Assembly (NCBI GenBank): GCA_963659075.1
Contig: CAVKTV010000002.1
Location: 1 to 50,073, forward strand
Direction: 5' to 3'
Origin: Lachnospiraceae bacterium
GTDB lineage: Bacteria; Bacillota_I; Bacilli_A; Erysipelotrichales; Erysipelotrichaceae
DNA: 50,073 nt
In this document: one piece after another, positions 1 to 10,139 of the stretch
Numbering within the stretch: position 1 is the first letter of the stretch
Layout: every line of letters starts with the position of its first letter
The notes under the pieces: model-generated
Told to the model about the DNA's origin: nothing
Databases searched by the model: none
What the model saw: the letters and a program-made list of their open reading frames with translations, nothing else
Made by a program: the position numbers and the translations under genes

Positions 1-55
1 TACAGGGTGACATTTTCCCTTAACAATGGGGTGACAAAATCGCTTAACGGCGACA
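1..55. mobile_element. Terminal inverted-repeat end of an IS21-like insertion sequence (rest outside window)
   Basis: Reverse complement reads TGTCGCCGTTAAGCGATTTTGTCACCCCATTGTTAAGGGAAAATGTCACCC: 5'-TGT terminus plus two tandem copies of a TTAAGnGAnnnTGTCACCC repeat, typical of IS21-family ends. No transposase in window. Confidence 0.55.
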
Positions 56-104
56 GAAATGAGTTTTTCTTTTCAAATGAAACGTTTCCACGTATAATAA
101 AGGC

Positions 105-330
105 ACTGAAAAGCGAAGAAGAGAAGAGTAGTTCGGAAGTTGATTTTAGAGAACAAATGGTTGGTGCAAATTTGTATTGATGAAGAATGAAGATGGACTT
201 GGAGCTGGATATTTAAATAGGATATCCCGGAAGAACTCCGTTAAAACTAGTGAGAGTCTTTATATATTTATAAAGGAAGATAAAGGTGGTAACGCGTGCA
301 AGACGTCCTTTCATTTGGGATGTCTTTTTC
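105..330 (+). promoter_or_regulatory. T-box riboswitch (Met specifier) upstream of metG
   Basis: AGTAG/AGAGA/GGTGCAA stem I motifs; GAAG-ATG specifier at 193-195; T-box AAGGTGGTAACGCG at 283-296; terminator AAGACGTCC..GGATGTCTTTTT at 300-329; TATAAT at 93-98. Confidence 0.9.
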
Positions 331-349
331 TGTTTGAGGAGGTGTAAAA

Positions 350-2290
350 ATGGAAAATAAGGGACCATATTATTTAACAACTGCGATTGCGTATACATCA
401 GGAAAACCACATATTGGTAATGTATATGAAATCGTATTAGCGGATGCAATCGTTCGCTATAAAAGACAAGTGGGCTACGATGTTCGTTTCCAAACAGGAA
501 CAGATGAACATGGTCAAAAGGTAGAAGAAAAGGCAAATAAAGCTGGAATTTCTCCTAAAGCATTTGTTGATCAAGTTTCACAAGAAATCAAAGAACAGTT
601 TGATGTTATGAATGTTTCTTATGATAAGTTCATGAGAACAACAGATCCATATCATGAAAAACAAGTACAAAAGATTTTTAAGAAACTTTATGATCAAGGT
701 GATATTTATAAAGGTCACTATGATGGATTGTATTGTCAAGAATGTGAAGCATTCTATACACCATCTCAAATCACAGAAGAAGGAAAATGTCCTGTTTGTG
801 GTGGTGAATTAAAAGAAATGCAGGAAGAAGCATATTTCTTTAAGATGAGTAAATATGCAGATCGTTTAATGCAGTATATTGAAGATCATCCTCATTTTAT
901 TCAACCTGAAAGTAGAAAGAATGAAATGATCAATAACTTCTTGAAACCTGGTCTTCAAGATTTATGTGTTTCTCGTACTTCATTTAAATGGGGCATTCCT
1001 GTAGACTTTGATCCAAAACATGTTGTATATGTTTGGATTGATGCCTTAACAAACTATATTACTGGTCTTGGTTATGATGTAGATGGAAATCATGATCCAC
1101 TTTATAAGAAATATTGGCCAGCTGATTTACACTTGATTGGTAAAGATATTGTTCGTTTCCATACGATCTATTGGCCAATCATGTTGATGGCTTTAGATGT
1201 ACCACTACCTAAACAAATCTTTGGTCACCCATGGTTATTAACAGGCGACTCTAAGATGAGTAAGTCAAAGGGTAATGTTATTTATGCAGATGATCTAGTA
1301 TCTCTATTTGGTACAGACGCTGTGAGATATATCATGTTACATGAAATGCCATTCGGACAAGATGGTCATATCACATATGAGCTCATGGTTGAAAGAATCA
1401 ATAGTGATCTTGCGAATAACTTAGGTAACTTAGTTAATAGAACACTATCTATGGAAAATAAATACTTCAATGGGGTAGTCGCTAATCCAAATGAAGTAGA
1501 AGATGTTGATGCAGATTTAAAACAAGTTGTCACAAATACAGTAAAACTTGTTGATGAATCTATGGATACATTACATGTTGCCGACGCAATTGATCATATC
1601 TTAGATTTATTCTCTAGATGTAATAAGTACATTGATGAAACAGAACCATGGAAACTCGCAAAGGATCCTGAAAAGATTGGTAGACTCGCAACAGTACTTT
1701 ATAACTTGTTGGAATCTGTAAGAATTGGTGCGATTCTATTGAAGCCATTCTTACCAGAAACTGCTGAAAAGATTCTTGTTTCATTGAATACAACAAAAAC
1801 AACTGAAGACGATCTAACATTTGGTTTACTAGAAAAAGGCATTCAAATAACAGATAAACCAGAAATCTTGTTTGCGAGACTAAAAGAAGATGAAGTAAAA
1901 GAAAAAGTTTCCGCAATTCAAGATAAGATCAAGAAAGAAGTAAAACAAGCTAAAGTGGAAAAGAAATCTGAAGTTACAATTGATGATTTCTCTAAACTTG
2001 ATCTAAGAGTAGGAAAAGTATTATCTTGTGAAAAGCATCCAGATGCTGACAAGCTATTGATCTTAAAAGTTGATCTAGGAGAAGGACAACCACGTCAAAT
2101 CGTTTCTGGACTAGCTGCTTCTTATACGCCAGGTCAAATGATTGGTAAGCATATTGTAGTGATTGCCAACTTAGCCCCTGCAGTGATTCGTGGTGAAGAA
2201 AGTAATGGAATGTTACTTGCTGGTAAAGAAAACGGTCAAATTGCCGTCGTTGAAGTAAATGGATTATCTGCCGGAACAAAAATTAGCTAA
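350..2290 (+). CDS. metG: Methionyl-tRNA synthetase with C-terminal tRNA-binding domain
   Basis: HIGN and KMSKS motifs, GTDEHG, Zn-knuckle CxxC..CxxC, C-terminal OB-fold (LDLRVG..HPDADKL); GAGGAGG RBS; Met T-box upstream. Confidence 0.98.
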   Translation: MENKGPYYLTTAIAYTSGKPHIGNVYEIVLADAIVRYKRQVGYDVRFQTGTDEHGQKVEEKANKAGISPKAFVDQVSQEIKEQFDVMNVSYDKFMRTTDPYHEKQVQKIFKKLYDQGDIYKGHYDGLYCQECEAFYTPSQITEEGKCPVCGGELKEMQEEAYFFKMSKYADRLMQYIEDHPHFIQPESRKNEMINNFLKPGLQDLCVSRTSFKWGIPVDFDPKHVVYVWIDALTNYITGLGYDVDGNHDPLYKKYWPADLHLIGKDIVRFHTIYWPIMLMALDVPLPKQIFGHPWLLTGDSKMSKSKGNVIYADDLVSLFGTDAVRYIMLHEMPFGQDGHITYELMVERINSDLANNLGNLVNRTLSMENKYFNGVVANPNEVEDVDADLKQVVTNTVKLVDESMDTLHVADAIDHILDLFSRCNKYIDETEPWKLAKDPEKIGRLATVLYNLLESVRIGAILLKPFLPETAEKILVSLNTTKTTEDDLTFGLLEKGIQITDKPEILFARLKEDEVKEKVSAIQDKIKKEVKQAKVEKKSEVTIDDFSKLDLRVGKVLSCEKHPDADKLLILKVDLGEGQPRQIVSGLAASYTPGQMIGKHIVVIANLAPAVIRGEESNGMLLAGKENGQIAVVEVNGLSAGTKIS

Positions 2291-2297
2291 TTGAATC

Positions 2298-2320
2298 GGG
2301 ACTCTAATGAGTCTCTTTTT
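2298..2320 (+). terminator. Intrinsic terminator after metG
   Basis: GGGACTC-TAAT-GAGTCTC followed by a T-run. Confidence 0.75.
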
Positions 2321-2337
2321 CATGTTATACTTAGTAC

Positions 2338-3111
2338 ATGGAAAAATTCACGGTAGTTGCACGTCCTGATGAATTATCAGGTGCGTTAGAAAAAAAGATT
2401 GAAACAGAATTATTAAAACATGATTTTGTTAGAGATGATGAGAATCCAGAAATCGTTATCGTTGTTGGTGGCGATGGCACTTTTATTTATGCGGTACATC
2501 AGTTCATTGATCGACTACAAGATGTTTGTTTTTATGGTTTGCATACAGGTACATTAGGTTTTTATTCCGACTATCAAGATTGTGAATTGAATGAATTTTT
2601 AAATGTTTTAATTGAAAGAACGGGACGTGAAGAACAATTATCAGTTTTACGTGGTGAAGTGAATCAAAAAAGATTTTATGCGTTAAATGAGATACGTATT
2701 GAAAATGCAGCTAGAACACAAGTGATGGATGTCTATGTAAATGATGTTTTATTAGAAACATTTAGAGGAACAGGGATGTGTGTTTGTACACAACTTGGTT
2801 CCACTGCGTATAATCGTTCTTTAGGTGGTGCAGTCATTCAAGAAGGATTGGATCTAATTGAGATGAGTGAGATATCTGGTATTCATCATAGTAAATATAG
2901 AAGTTTAGATGCACCATTTGTATTAAAGAATGATAGTGTAATTCGCTTTGAATCAGAATCATTTGATGGTGCTTTATTAGGTGTAGATAGTGATGTATAT
3001 CCTCTGGAGAATGTACAATCTATTGAAATTAAGATATGTTCTGCTAGACGTATTAGAGTGTTAAGAGGAAAGAACGTTTCTTATTTTGAACGTTTAAAGA
3101 CTTTGTATTAG
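2338..3111 (+). CDS. nadK: NAD kinase
   Basis: GGDGT, GTLGFY, ALNE and GSTAYNRSLGG motifs. Confidence 0.93.
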   Translation: MEKFTVVARPDELSGALEKKIETELLKHDFVRDDENPEIVIVVGGDGTFIYAVHQFIDRLQDVCFYGLHTGTLGFYSDYQDCELNEFLNVLIERTGREEQLSVLRGEVNQKRFYALNEIRIENAARTQVMDVYVNDVLLETFRGTGMCVCTQLGSTAYNRSLGGAVIQEGLDLIEMSEISGIHHSKYRSLDAPFVLKNDSVIRFESESFDGALLGVDSDVYPLENVQSIEIKICSARRIRVLRGKNVSYFERLKTLY

Positions 3112-3121
3112 GTGAAGTATT

Positions 3122-4660
3122 ATGAAAAAGTGGAGAGGATTATTTGAAATCGTTAAGTTTCCAATTGAAATATTATTGATTGCGTTTTTAATTACAGGAA
3201 TTGGAAATCTTCTAACAAATAATATTTTTGGAATTGTATATTTAATCAATAATGATTATATAAAGATGTTTGCGGAAATATTAATGAAAGTTGGACAATT
3301 TATTATTGTTAATTTTCCATTGTTATTCTTATTAAGAATCGTATCTAGAAAGAATGGTTCTAGTGTAACAATTATTAGTGCACTTGTTGGATATATTGCG
3401 TTTTTATGTACGACAATGATTGTCGCAAAATCAGATATGACTTCTAGTGCGTATTCATCTATATTAGGATTGAGTTTATCAAAATCAACAATTTCTACAT
3501 ATACAGGCACAACAAAATATCCCCTACAAACAGGATTGTTAGGAATTGGAATTATCGCACTTGGTGTATTGCTTGCGTTTCATCAATCAAAGAAGAAAAG
3601 TGAATATGGATTGTTTTCATTTATCTCAAAAGAATCTTCTTGTTTGATTAATGTATTATTCTATTCTGTAATCATGGGAATTCTATTCTCTATTGGTTGG
3701 CCATTTGTAATGGTTGCGGTAAATAAACTTGTTTCATTTATCTCTGTTGATACGACAAATCCAGTCAATCTAACGTTGTATGGTATCTTAGAAGCGTTTT
3801 GTTCTACATTAAATCTAGGTACATGGATTCGATCTCCTTTCTGGTTTAATAGTAATGGAGGAAGTTGGATTGGTATGACAGGTGCAGTAGCTACGGGAGA
3901 TGTATCCGTTTGGGCGGCACAAATCGCTTCTGGAAGTGTTAGTGGGCAAGTTGGTAGATTTATTACACCATATTATATTTTGAATCTATTTGCGATTCCT
4001 GGAATGATATGGGGCATGTATTCTTTAGAAACAAATCCATTAAAGAAACCAAAGATGAGGATGATTTGTATCATCGCAACATTAACATCATTCCTTTCAG
4101 GAACATTACTGCCAATGGAACTATTGTTATTATTCTTAGCACCATTGTTATATGTAGCACATCTTGCGTGTACTGGATTGTTGTATGGTGTTCTACAAGG
4201 TTTACATTTATACCTAGGTTTTAATTCTTCGGAAGTATCTACGATGACTGCTTTACCAGGTACATTGCCAGAACTCATTACATATATTTCTAATAAACAG
4301 TTTCAAACAACGATTCTATTCTTAATGATCATTGGTGCTGTTATGATGTTGTTATATTTCTTTATGACAAGATTCTATTTTGAAAGTATCGCAATTGATT
4401 TGTTTAGAACAGGTGATAAAGAACGTTTGATTAAAGGCGTATTGAAAGCTATGGGCAATTTGGAAAATATCAAAGCGATGGAATCTGATTGTTTTTGTTT
4501 ATCAGTCGCAATCTATGATTCTGATAAATTTGATATTTCTAGATTAAAGAAATTAGGCGCAAGTAAAGTTGTAGAAACGAATACTGGTTATGATATTTAT
4601 TTGGGCTCGACGAGTACAATCGTAAGAAAAGGAATTGAAAAAGAGAAGCGGAATGACTAG
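3122..4660 (+). CDS. PTS glucose-family EIIC membrane domain with a degenerate C-terminal EIIB-like domain
   Basis: About 10 TM segments; NFPLLF, PFWF, GD, GRF and 'FLSGTLLPMELLLLFLAPLLY..H' resemble EIIC(Glc); C-terminal 'MGNLENIKAMESDCFCLSV..D..LKKLGA' aligns to EIIB but lacks the CxTRLR motif. Confidence 0.75.
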   Translation: MKKWRGLFEIVKFPIEILLIAFLITGIGNLLTNNIFGIVYLINNDYIKMFAEILMKVGQFIIVNFPLLFLLRIVSRKNGSSVTIISALVGYIAFLCTTMIVAKSDMTSSAYSSILGLSLSKSTISTYTGTTKYPLQTGLLGIGIIALGVLLAFHQSKKKSEYGLFSFISKESSCLINVLFYSVIMGILFSIGWPFVMVAVNKLVSFISVDTTNPVNLTLYGILEAFCSTLNLGTWIRSPFWFNSNGGSWIGMTGAVATGDVSVWAAQIASGSVSGQVGRFITPYYILNLFAIPGMIWGMYSLETNPLKKPKMRMICIIATLTSFLSGTLLPMELLLLFLAPLLYVAHLACTGLLYGVLQGLHLYLGFNSSEVSTMTALPGTLPELITYISNKQFQTTILFLMIIGAVMMLLYFFMTRFYFESIAIDLFRTGDKERLIKGVLKAMGNLENIKAMESDCFCLSVAIYDSDKFDISRLKKLGASKVVETNTGYDIYLGSTSTIVRKGIEKEKRND

Positions 4661-4680
4661 CGTATGCTAGTTTTTCTTTT
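4656..4680 (+). terminator. Intrinsic terminator
   Basis: ACTAGC-GTAT-GCTAGT followed by TTTTCTTTT. Confidence 0.6.
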
Positions 4681-4712
4681 CTGAGAAATGAAAGTGATAT
4701 AATAATGCCATT

Positions 4713-7247
4713 ATGACAAAAGAAAAAACATATTCACCAATGATGCAACAATATCTCAAAGTGAAAGAGAACTATCCAGATACTTTAGTGTTCTATCGTA
4801 TAGGAGATTTCTATGAGATGTTTTTTGATGACGCAAAGATTGCATCAAAAGAATTAGATTTAGTTTTAACAGGGAAAAATGCTGGTGTAGAAGAAAGAAT
4901 ACCAATGTGTGGTGTTCCTCATCATGCGGTTTCTTCGTATATTCAAAGACTTGTTATTAGAGGGTATAAGATCGCAATTGTTGAACAAGTACAAGATCCT
5001 AAGGAAGCAAAGGGAATCGTACAAAGAGATGTCATTCGTGTAATCACACCTGGTACAGTGATGGATGAAATCACAGATGAAAAGTCATCTGTTTATTTAG
5101 CGGCAATTACAGATTATGCGTATGGATATTCGATTGCGTTTGTGGAAGTATCTACAGGTGAGAATTATGTTGAAAATTGTGAACATAAGGATTCTGTTTT
5201 ACTACAATTGATATTAAAGAATAACGCAAGAGAAATTGTTGTTCATAAAGGTTTTAGAGAAAAAATCATCAAACAATTAAGAAATATGCAAGTAACGATT
5301 TCTTATTGTGAAGAAGATTCTATTGGAGAACAATATGCACCATTATGTGAAACTATCACAAAAGACTATGATAGAAAATCATATGGTTTGATGTTGCATT
5401 ATCTAGAAGAAACACAAAAACATATCTTATCTCACTTACAACCATGTACTGTTGAAACAGAAAGTGCATCTTTGTATATGGATTATTCCACAAGAATGAA
5501 TCTAGAACTCACAAAACCATTACATGAAAATGGAAAGGCAATTACACTATGGTCATTTTTAGATGTGTGTAGAAGTGCTATGGGTTCTAGACAATTAAGA
5601 AAGTGGATTGAGAAACCACTCATTGATCAAGATGCGATTGAAAGAAGATACGCAAAAACAGAGTGGTTGATGAAGAACTTTATGCCTAGAGCGTCTATTC
5701 GTGATTCTTTATATAACATTTATGATCTTCAAAGATTAATCGCAAGATGTGCTTTGAATACAGCCAACGCAGTAGATACGTTAAGATTATCTAAGACATT
5801 AGGAGAGGTTCCTAATATATTAGAGAAAATCAATTGTGAAGAATTCAAAGAATATCAAAATGTAGATCCACTCACAAAATTATATGATCAATTAAAAGAT
5901 GCATTCGTAGAGAATCCACCAGTAACACTTAATGACGGTGGAATCTTTGTGGATGGTTATAATACAGAATTAGATGAAGCCCGTTCGATTCAAAGAGGTG
6001 GAAAAGATTTCATTTCTACTTTAGAAGCACAAGAGAAAGAAAGAACTGGCATTAAAACATTAAAGGTTGGATACAATAAAGTGATTGGATATTTTATTGA
6101 AATATCCAAAGCAGCCGCAAAAGAAGTAAAACCAGAATGGGGATATATTCGTAAACAAACATTAACAAATAATGAAAGATTTATTTCTCCAGAACTCAAA
6201 GAAAAAGAAGATATGATTCTTCACGCGGAAGAAAATGCAATCCGCATTGAAAAAGAATTATTTAATCAATTGTTAGAAGAAATCAAAAAGTATTTACCAC
6301 AATTACAAAAACTCGCAAAGGCATTGGCGGAAATTGATTGTTATTGTGCATTAGCAGAAGTATCTAGTAAATATCATTATGTAAAACCTACATTTACAGA
6401 AGATGCATTAGAAATCCAAGGTGGAAAACATCCAATCTTAGATGAAATGATGAAGAATCCTAGATATGTCGCAAATGATGTAAAGATGAATAAAGATAAT
6501 AGTATTTTATTGATTACTGGTCCTAACATGGGTGGTAAATCTACATACATGCGTCAAACAGCTTTGATTATTGTGATGGCACAAATTGGTTGTTTTGTTC
6601 CATGCAAGGCATGTTTAATGCCGGTGTTTGATAAGATTTTTACACGTATTGGTGCGAGTGATGATATTTTGAGTGGACAATCTACTTTCATGGTTGAAAT
6701 GACAGAGGCAAATCGTGCGTTACAAGAGGCAACAGATAAGTCTTTGATCTTATTTGATGAAATTGGTAGAGGTACATCTACATATGATGGCATGGCTTTA
6801 GCACAAAGTATGATTGAATATATCGCAACATGCCTGCATGCGAAAACAATGTTTTCCACACACTATCATGAATTGACGATGTTAACAGATAATGTTCCAT
6901 GTGTTAGAAATGTGCATGTTGTTGTGAAAGAAGACAATGATGAAGTGACTTTCTTATATAAGATAAAAGAAGGACCTGCAGGACAATCTTATGGTATTAA
7001 CGTCGCAAGACTTGCGGGTTTACCAGAAAGTGTTTTATCTCGCGCGAAAGAATTACAAAAAGAACTTGAAAGTAAAAAACGTATTGTCCAACAAAATTTC
7101 CAACTTGTAGAAATGACAAAAGAAGATAAACAAGCAGATGCAATTCATGAGATGTTACAAGCAATTGATATTGATGATATGTCACCAAGAGATGCATGGG
7201 TGATGTTGAATGATTTGTGTGAAGAGGAAAAGAAGAATGGAAAATAA
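4713..7247 (+). CDS. mutS: DNA mismatch repair protein MutS
   Basis: PMMQQY, GDFYEMFF, TGPNMGGKST, DEIGRGT and SYGI motifs. Confidence 0.98.
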   Translation: MTKEKTYSPMMQQYLKVKENYPDTLVFYRIGDFYEMFFDDAKIASKELDLVLTGKNAGVEERIPMCGVPHHAVSSYIQRLVIRGYKIAIVEQVQDPKEAKGIVQRDVIRVITPGTVMDEITDEKSSVYLAAITDYAYGYSIAFVEVSTGENYVENCEHKDSVLLQLILKNNAREIVVHKGFREKIIKQLRNMQVTISYCEEDSIGEQYAPLCETITKDYDRKSYGLMLHYLEETQKHILSHLQPCTVETESASLYMDYSTRMNLELTKPLHENGKAITLWSFLDVCRSAMGSRQLRKWIEKPLIDQDAIERRYAKTEWLMKNFMPRASIRDSLYNIYDLQRLIARCALNTANAVDTLRLSKTLGEVPNILEKINCEEFKEYQNVDPLTKLYDQLKDAFVENPPVTLNDGGIFVDGYNTELDEARSIQRGGKDFISTLEAQEKERTGIKTLKVGYNKVIGYFIEISKAAAKEVKPEWGYIRKQTLTNNERFISPELKEKEDMILHAEENAIRIEKELFNQLLEEIKKYLPQLQKLAKALAEIDCYCALAEVSSKYHYVKPTFTEDALEIQGGKHPILDEMMKNPRYVANDVKMNKDNSILLITGPNMGGKSTYMRQTALIIVMAQIGCFVPCKACLMPVFDKIFTRIGASDDILSGQSTFMVEMTEANRALQEATDKSLILFDEIGRGTSTYDGMALAQSMIEYIATCLHAKTMFSTHYHELTMLTDNVPCVRNVHVVVKEDNDEVTFLYKIKEGPAGQSYGINVARLAGLPESVLSRAKELQKELESKKRIVQQNFQLVEMTKEDKQADAIHEMLQAIDIDDMSPRDAWVMLNDLCEEEKKNGK

Positions 7248-10086
7248 TAAATTAATTATTCGTGGTGCACGTGAAAACAATTTAAAAAATATTTCCTTGG
7301 AAATACCAAAGAATTCTTTAGTTGTTATGACAGGTTTATCTGGTAGCGGAAAAACTTCTCTTGCGTTTGATACGATCTATGCGGAAGGTCAAAGAAGATA
7401 TGTGGAATCTTTATCTGCTTATGCTAGACAGTTTTTAGGTGGCGTAGAAAAACCTGATGTGGAATCTATTGAAGGACTTTCTCCCGCAATCTCCATTGAT
7501 CAAAAAACGACTTCTAATAATCCACGTTCAACTGTTGGTACTGTTACAGAAATCTATGATTATTTGAGATTGTTGTACGCAAGATGTGGAACACCATATT
7601 GTCCAAATCACAATATTCCTATTACTGGTCAAACGATTACAGAAATGGTTGATACAGTTATGTCTTTTGAAGATCGTTCTCGTTTAACGATATTAGCTCC
7701 TATTGCACGAAATAAAAAAGGAACATTTAAAGATTCTTTTACGAAGTTATTAAAAGAAGGTTATATTCGTGTTCGTGTAGATGGTGAAATTAAATTATTA
7801 GAAGATGACATTGAACTAGAAAAGAATCAAAGACATGATTTAGATGTAGTTATTGATAGAATTATTAAAAATGAAGATTCTAGAAGTAGAATCCATGATT
7901 CTATTGAAACAGCTTTGAAGCTAGGTGAAGGAAAAGCTTTGGTTTTGAATGGGGAAGAAGAGAAACTATTCTCAGAAAACTATAGTTGTCCTATTTGTGG
8001 ATTCTCTGTAGGAAATCTAGAACCAAGACTATTTTCATTCAATGCACCATTAGGAGCGTGTGATGTATGTCATGGATTAGGAATCACAGAAGAAGTTGAT
8101 ATATCAAATTTGATACCAGATGATTCATTATCTATTCGACAAGGTGGTATTCGTTATTATAAGAATATTGTGGATACAGACAATATTGAGTGGCAAACAT
8201 TTACGGTTTTATGTAGAGCTTATAAAATTGATTTAGATAAACCTATTTCAACATTCACGAAAAAACAATTAGAAATCATATTACATGGATCTGATAAACC
8301 TATTAAATATACAATTATTTCATCTGGTGGTAATCGCTATGATAAGAATGATTATATTGAAGGTGTAAAAGATATGATTGAAAGAAGATATGTGGAAACA
8401 ACATCTTCTTGGCATAAAGAATGGTATCACTCTTATATGATTGAAAGTCCTTGTCCTAAGTGCTCTGGTAAAAGATTAAATGAACAAGCTTTATCTGTAA
8501 GAGTTGGTGATAAAAATATTGCGCAATTTACAGAAATGTCTGTTTTAGAAGCAAATGAATGGATGACAAACTTAAAACTAGACACTGAAAAAACAAAGAT
8601 TGCGGAAATGGTGTTAAAAGAAATTGGTTCTAGATTAAAGTTTTTAAGTGATGTCGGATTGAATTATCTAACATTAGATCGTTTAGCTGGAACGTTATCT
8701 GGCGGAGAGTCGCAACGTATTCGTTTGGCAACACAGATAGGTTCTCAATTATCAGGAGTCTTATATGTTATGGATGAACCAAGTATTGGGTTACATCAAA
8801 GAGATAATTCAAAACTTATTCAAACAATGAAAAAGATGAGAGATCTAGGCAACTCACTCATTGTTGTAGAACATGACGAAGAAACAATGACAGAAGCAGA
8901 CTGGATCGTTGATATTGGACCTGGTGCAGGGGTACATGGTGGAGAAGTTATGGCATCTGGTACACCGCAACAAGTAATGCAGGTAGAACAATCGATTACC
9001 GGTCAATATTTATCAGGCAAGAAATTAATTCCTGTTCCAGAAAAAAGAAGAAAAGGAAATGGATGTTCCATTGAATTAAAAGGTGTTGAAGAACATAATC
9101 TTAAGAAAATCAATGTAAAGATTCCATTGGGTAAATTTGTTGTTGTGACAGGTGTCAGTGGTTCTGGTAAATCTACATTGGTAAATGATGTATTTATGAA
9201 AGCTGTTCTTTTAAATCTTGGAAGACAAAAAATAAAACCAGGTAAATATAAAACAATCAAAGGATTAGAGAATATTGATAAATTAGTTCAAATCGATCAA
9301 CAACCAATTGGTAGAACACCAAGAAGTAATCCAGCTACATATACAGGTGTATTTGATGATATTCGTGATGTATTCGCTAAGACACCAGAAGCTAGAATGA
9401 GAGGCTATGATAAAGGTAGGTTCTCATTCAATACAAAAGGTGGTAGATGTGAAGCTTGCCAAGGTGATGGCGTAAAAGTGATTCGTATGAATTTCTTGCC
9501 TGATGTGTATGTGCCTTGTGAAGTGTGTCATGGACAAAGATATAATGAAGAAACATTACAGTGTACATACAAAGGAAAGAATATCTTTGATGTATTAGAA
9601 ATGTCTGTGGAAGAAGCTTTGTTATTCTTTGCCAATCACCCAAAGATCAAAAAGAAACTTCAAACATTATATGATGTAGGATTAGGCTACATGAAATTAG
9701 GTCAATCTTCTACAACACTATCGGGTGGTGAGGCACAACGTGTCAAGCTCGCCAGTGAACTACAAAAACCCGCAACAGGTAAAACAGTCTATATTTTAGA
9801 TGAACCAACAACAGGATTGCATACAGATGATGTAAAACGATTGATTTCAGTCTTACAAAGAATCGTAGATAATGGAGATTCTGTTGTGGTAATTGAACAT
9901 AATCTAGATGTTATTAAATGTGCAGATTGGATCATTGATCTAGGACCGGAAGGTGGAGATGGTGGAGGAAGCGTTGTCGCAACAGGTACACCAGAACAAG
10001 TCTCTAAAGTTGAAGGATCTTGGACAGGCCAATATCTGAAAAAAGCGCTCGAATGGACGAAAGAACATCAAGTAGGGAAAGTATGA
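7237..10086 (+). CDS. uvrA: Excinuclease ABC subunit A
   Basis: GARENNLKN, two Walker A motifs (GLSGSGKT, GVSGSGKS), Zn fingers, LSGGE. ATG at 7237 overlapping the mutS end is more likely than 7210. Confidence 0.98.
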   Translation: MENNKLIIRGARENNLKNISLEIPKNSLVVMTGLSGSGKTSLAFDTIYAEGQRRYVESLSAYARQFLGGVEKPDVESIEGLSPAISIDQKTTSNNPRSTVGTVTEIYDYLRLLYARCGTPYCPNHNIPITGQTITEMVDTVMSFEDRSRLTILAPIARNKKGTFKDSFTKLLKEGYIRVRVDGEIKLLEDDIELEKNQRHDLDVVIDRIIKNEDSRSRIHDSIETALKLGEGKALVLNGEEEKLFSENYSCPICGFSVGNLEPRLFSFNAPLGACDVCHGLGITEEVDISNLIPDDSLSIRQGGIRYYKNIVDTDNIEWQTFTVLCRAYKIDLDKPISTFTKKQLEIILHGSDKPIKYTIISSGGNRYDKNDYIEGVKDMIERRYVETTSSWHKEWYHSYMIESPCPKCSGKRLNEQALSVRVGDKNIAQFTEMSVLEANEWMTNLKLDTEKTKIAEMVLKEIGSRLKFLSDVGLNYLTLDRLAGTLSGGESQRIRLATQIGSQLSGVLYVMDEPSIGLHQRDNSKLIQTMKKMRDLGNSLIVVEHDEETMTEADWIVDIGPGAGVHGGEVMASGTPQQVMQVEQSITGQYLSGKKLIPVPEKRRKGNGCSIELKGVEEHNLKKINVKIPLGKFVVVTGVSGSGKSTLVNDVFMKAVLLNLGRQKIKPGKYKTIKGLENIDKLVQIDQQPIGRTPRSNPATYTGVFDDIRDVFAKTPEARMRGYDKGRFSFNTKGGRCEACQGDGVKVIRMNFLPDVYVPCEVCHGQRYNEETLQCTYKGKNIFDVLEMSVEEALLFFANHPKIKKKLQTLYDVGLGYMKLGQSSTTLSGGEAQRVKLASELQKPATGKTVYILDEPTTGLHTDDVKRLISVLQRIVDNGDSVVVIEHNLDVIKCADWIIDLGPEGGDGGGSVVATGTPEQVSKVEGSWTGQYLKKALEWTKEHQVGKV

Positions 10087-10139
10087 TTTTTCTCTACTTT
10101 TTGTATATGATATAATGTACGCAATCGGAGGTTTGTGAT

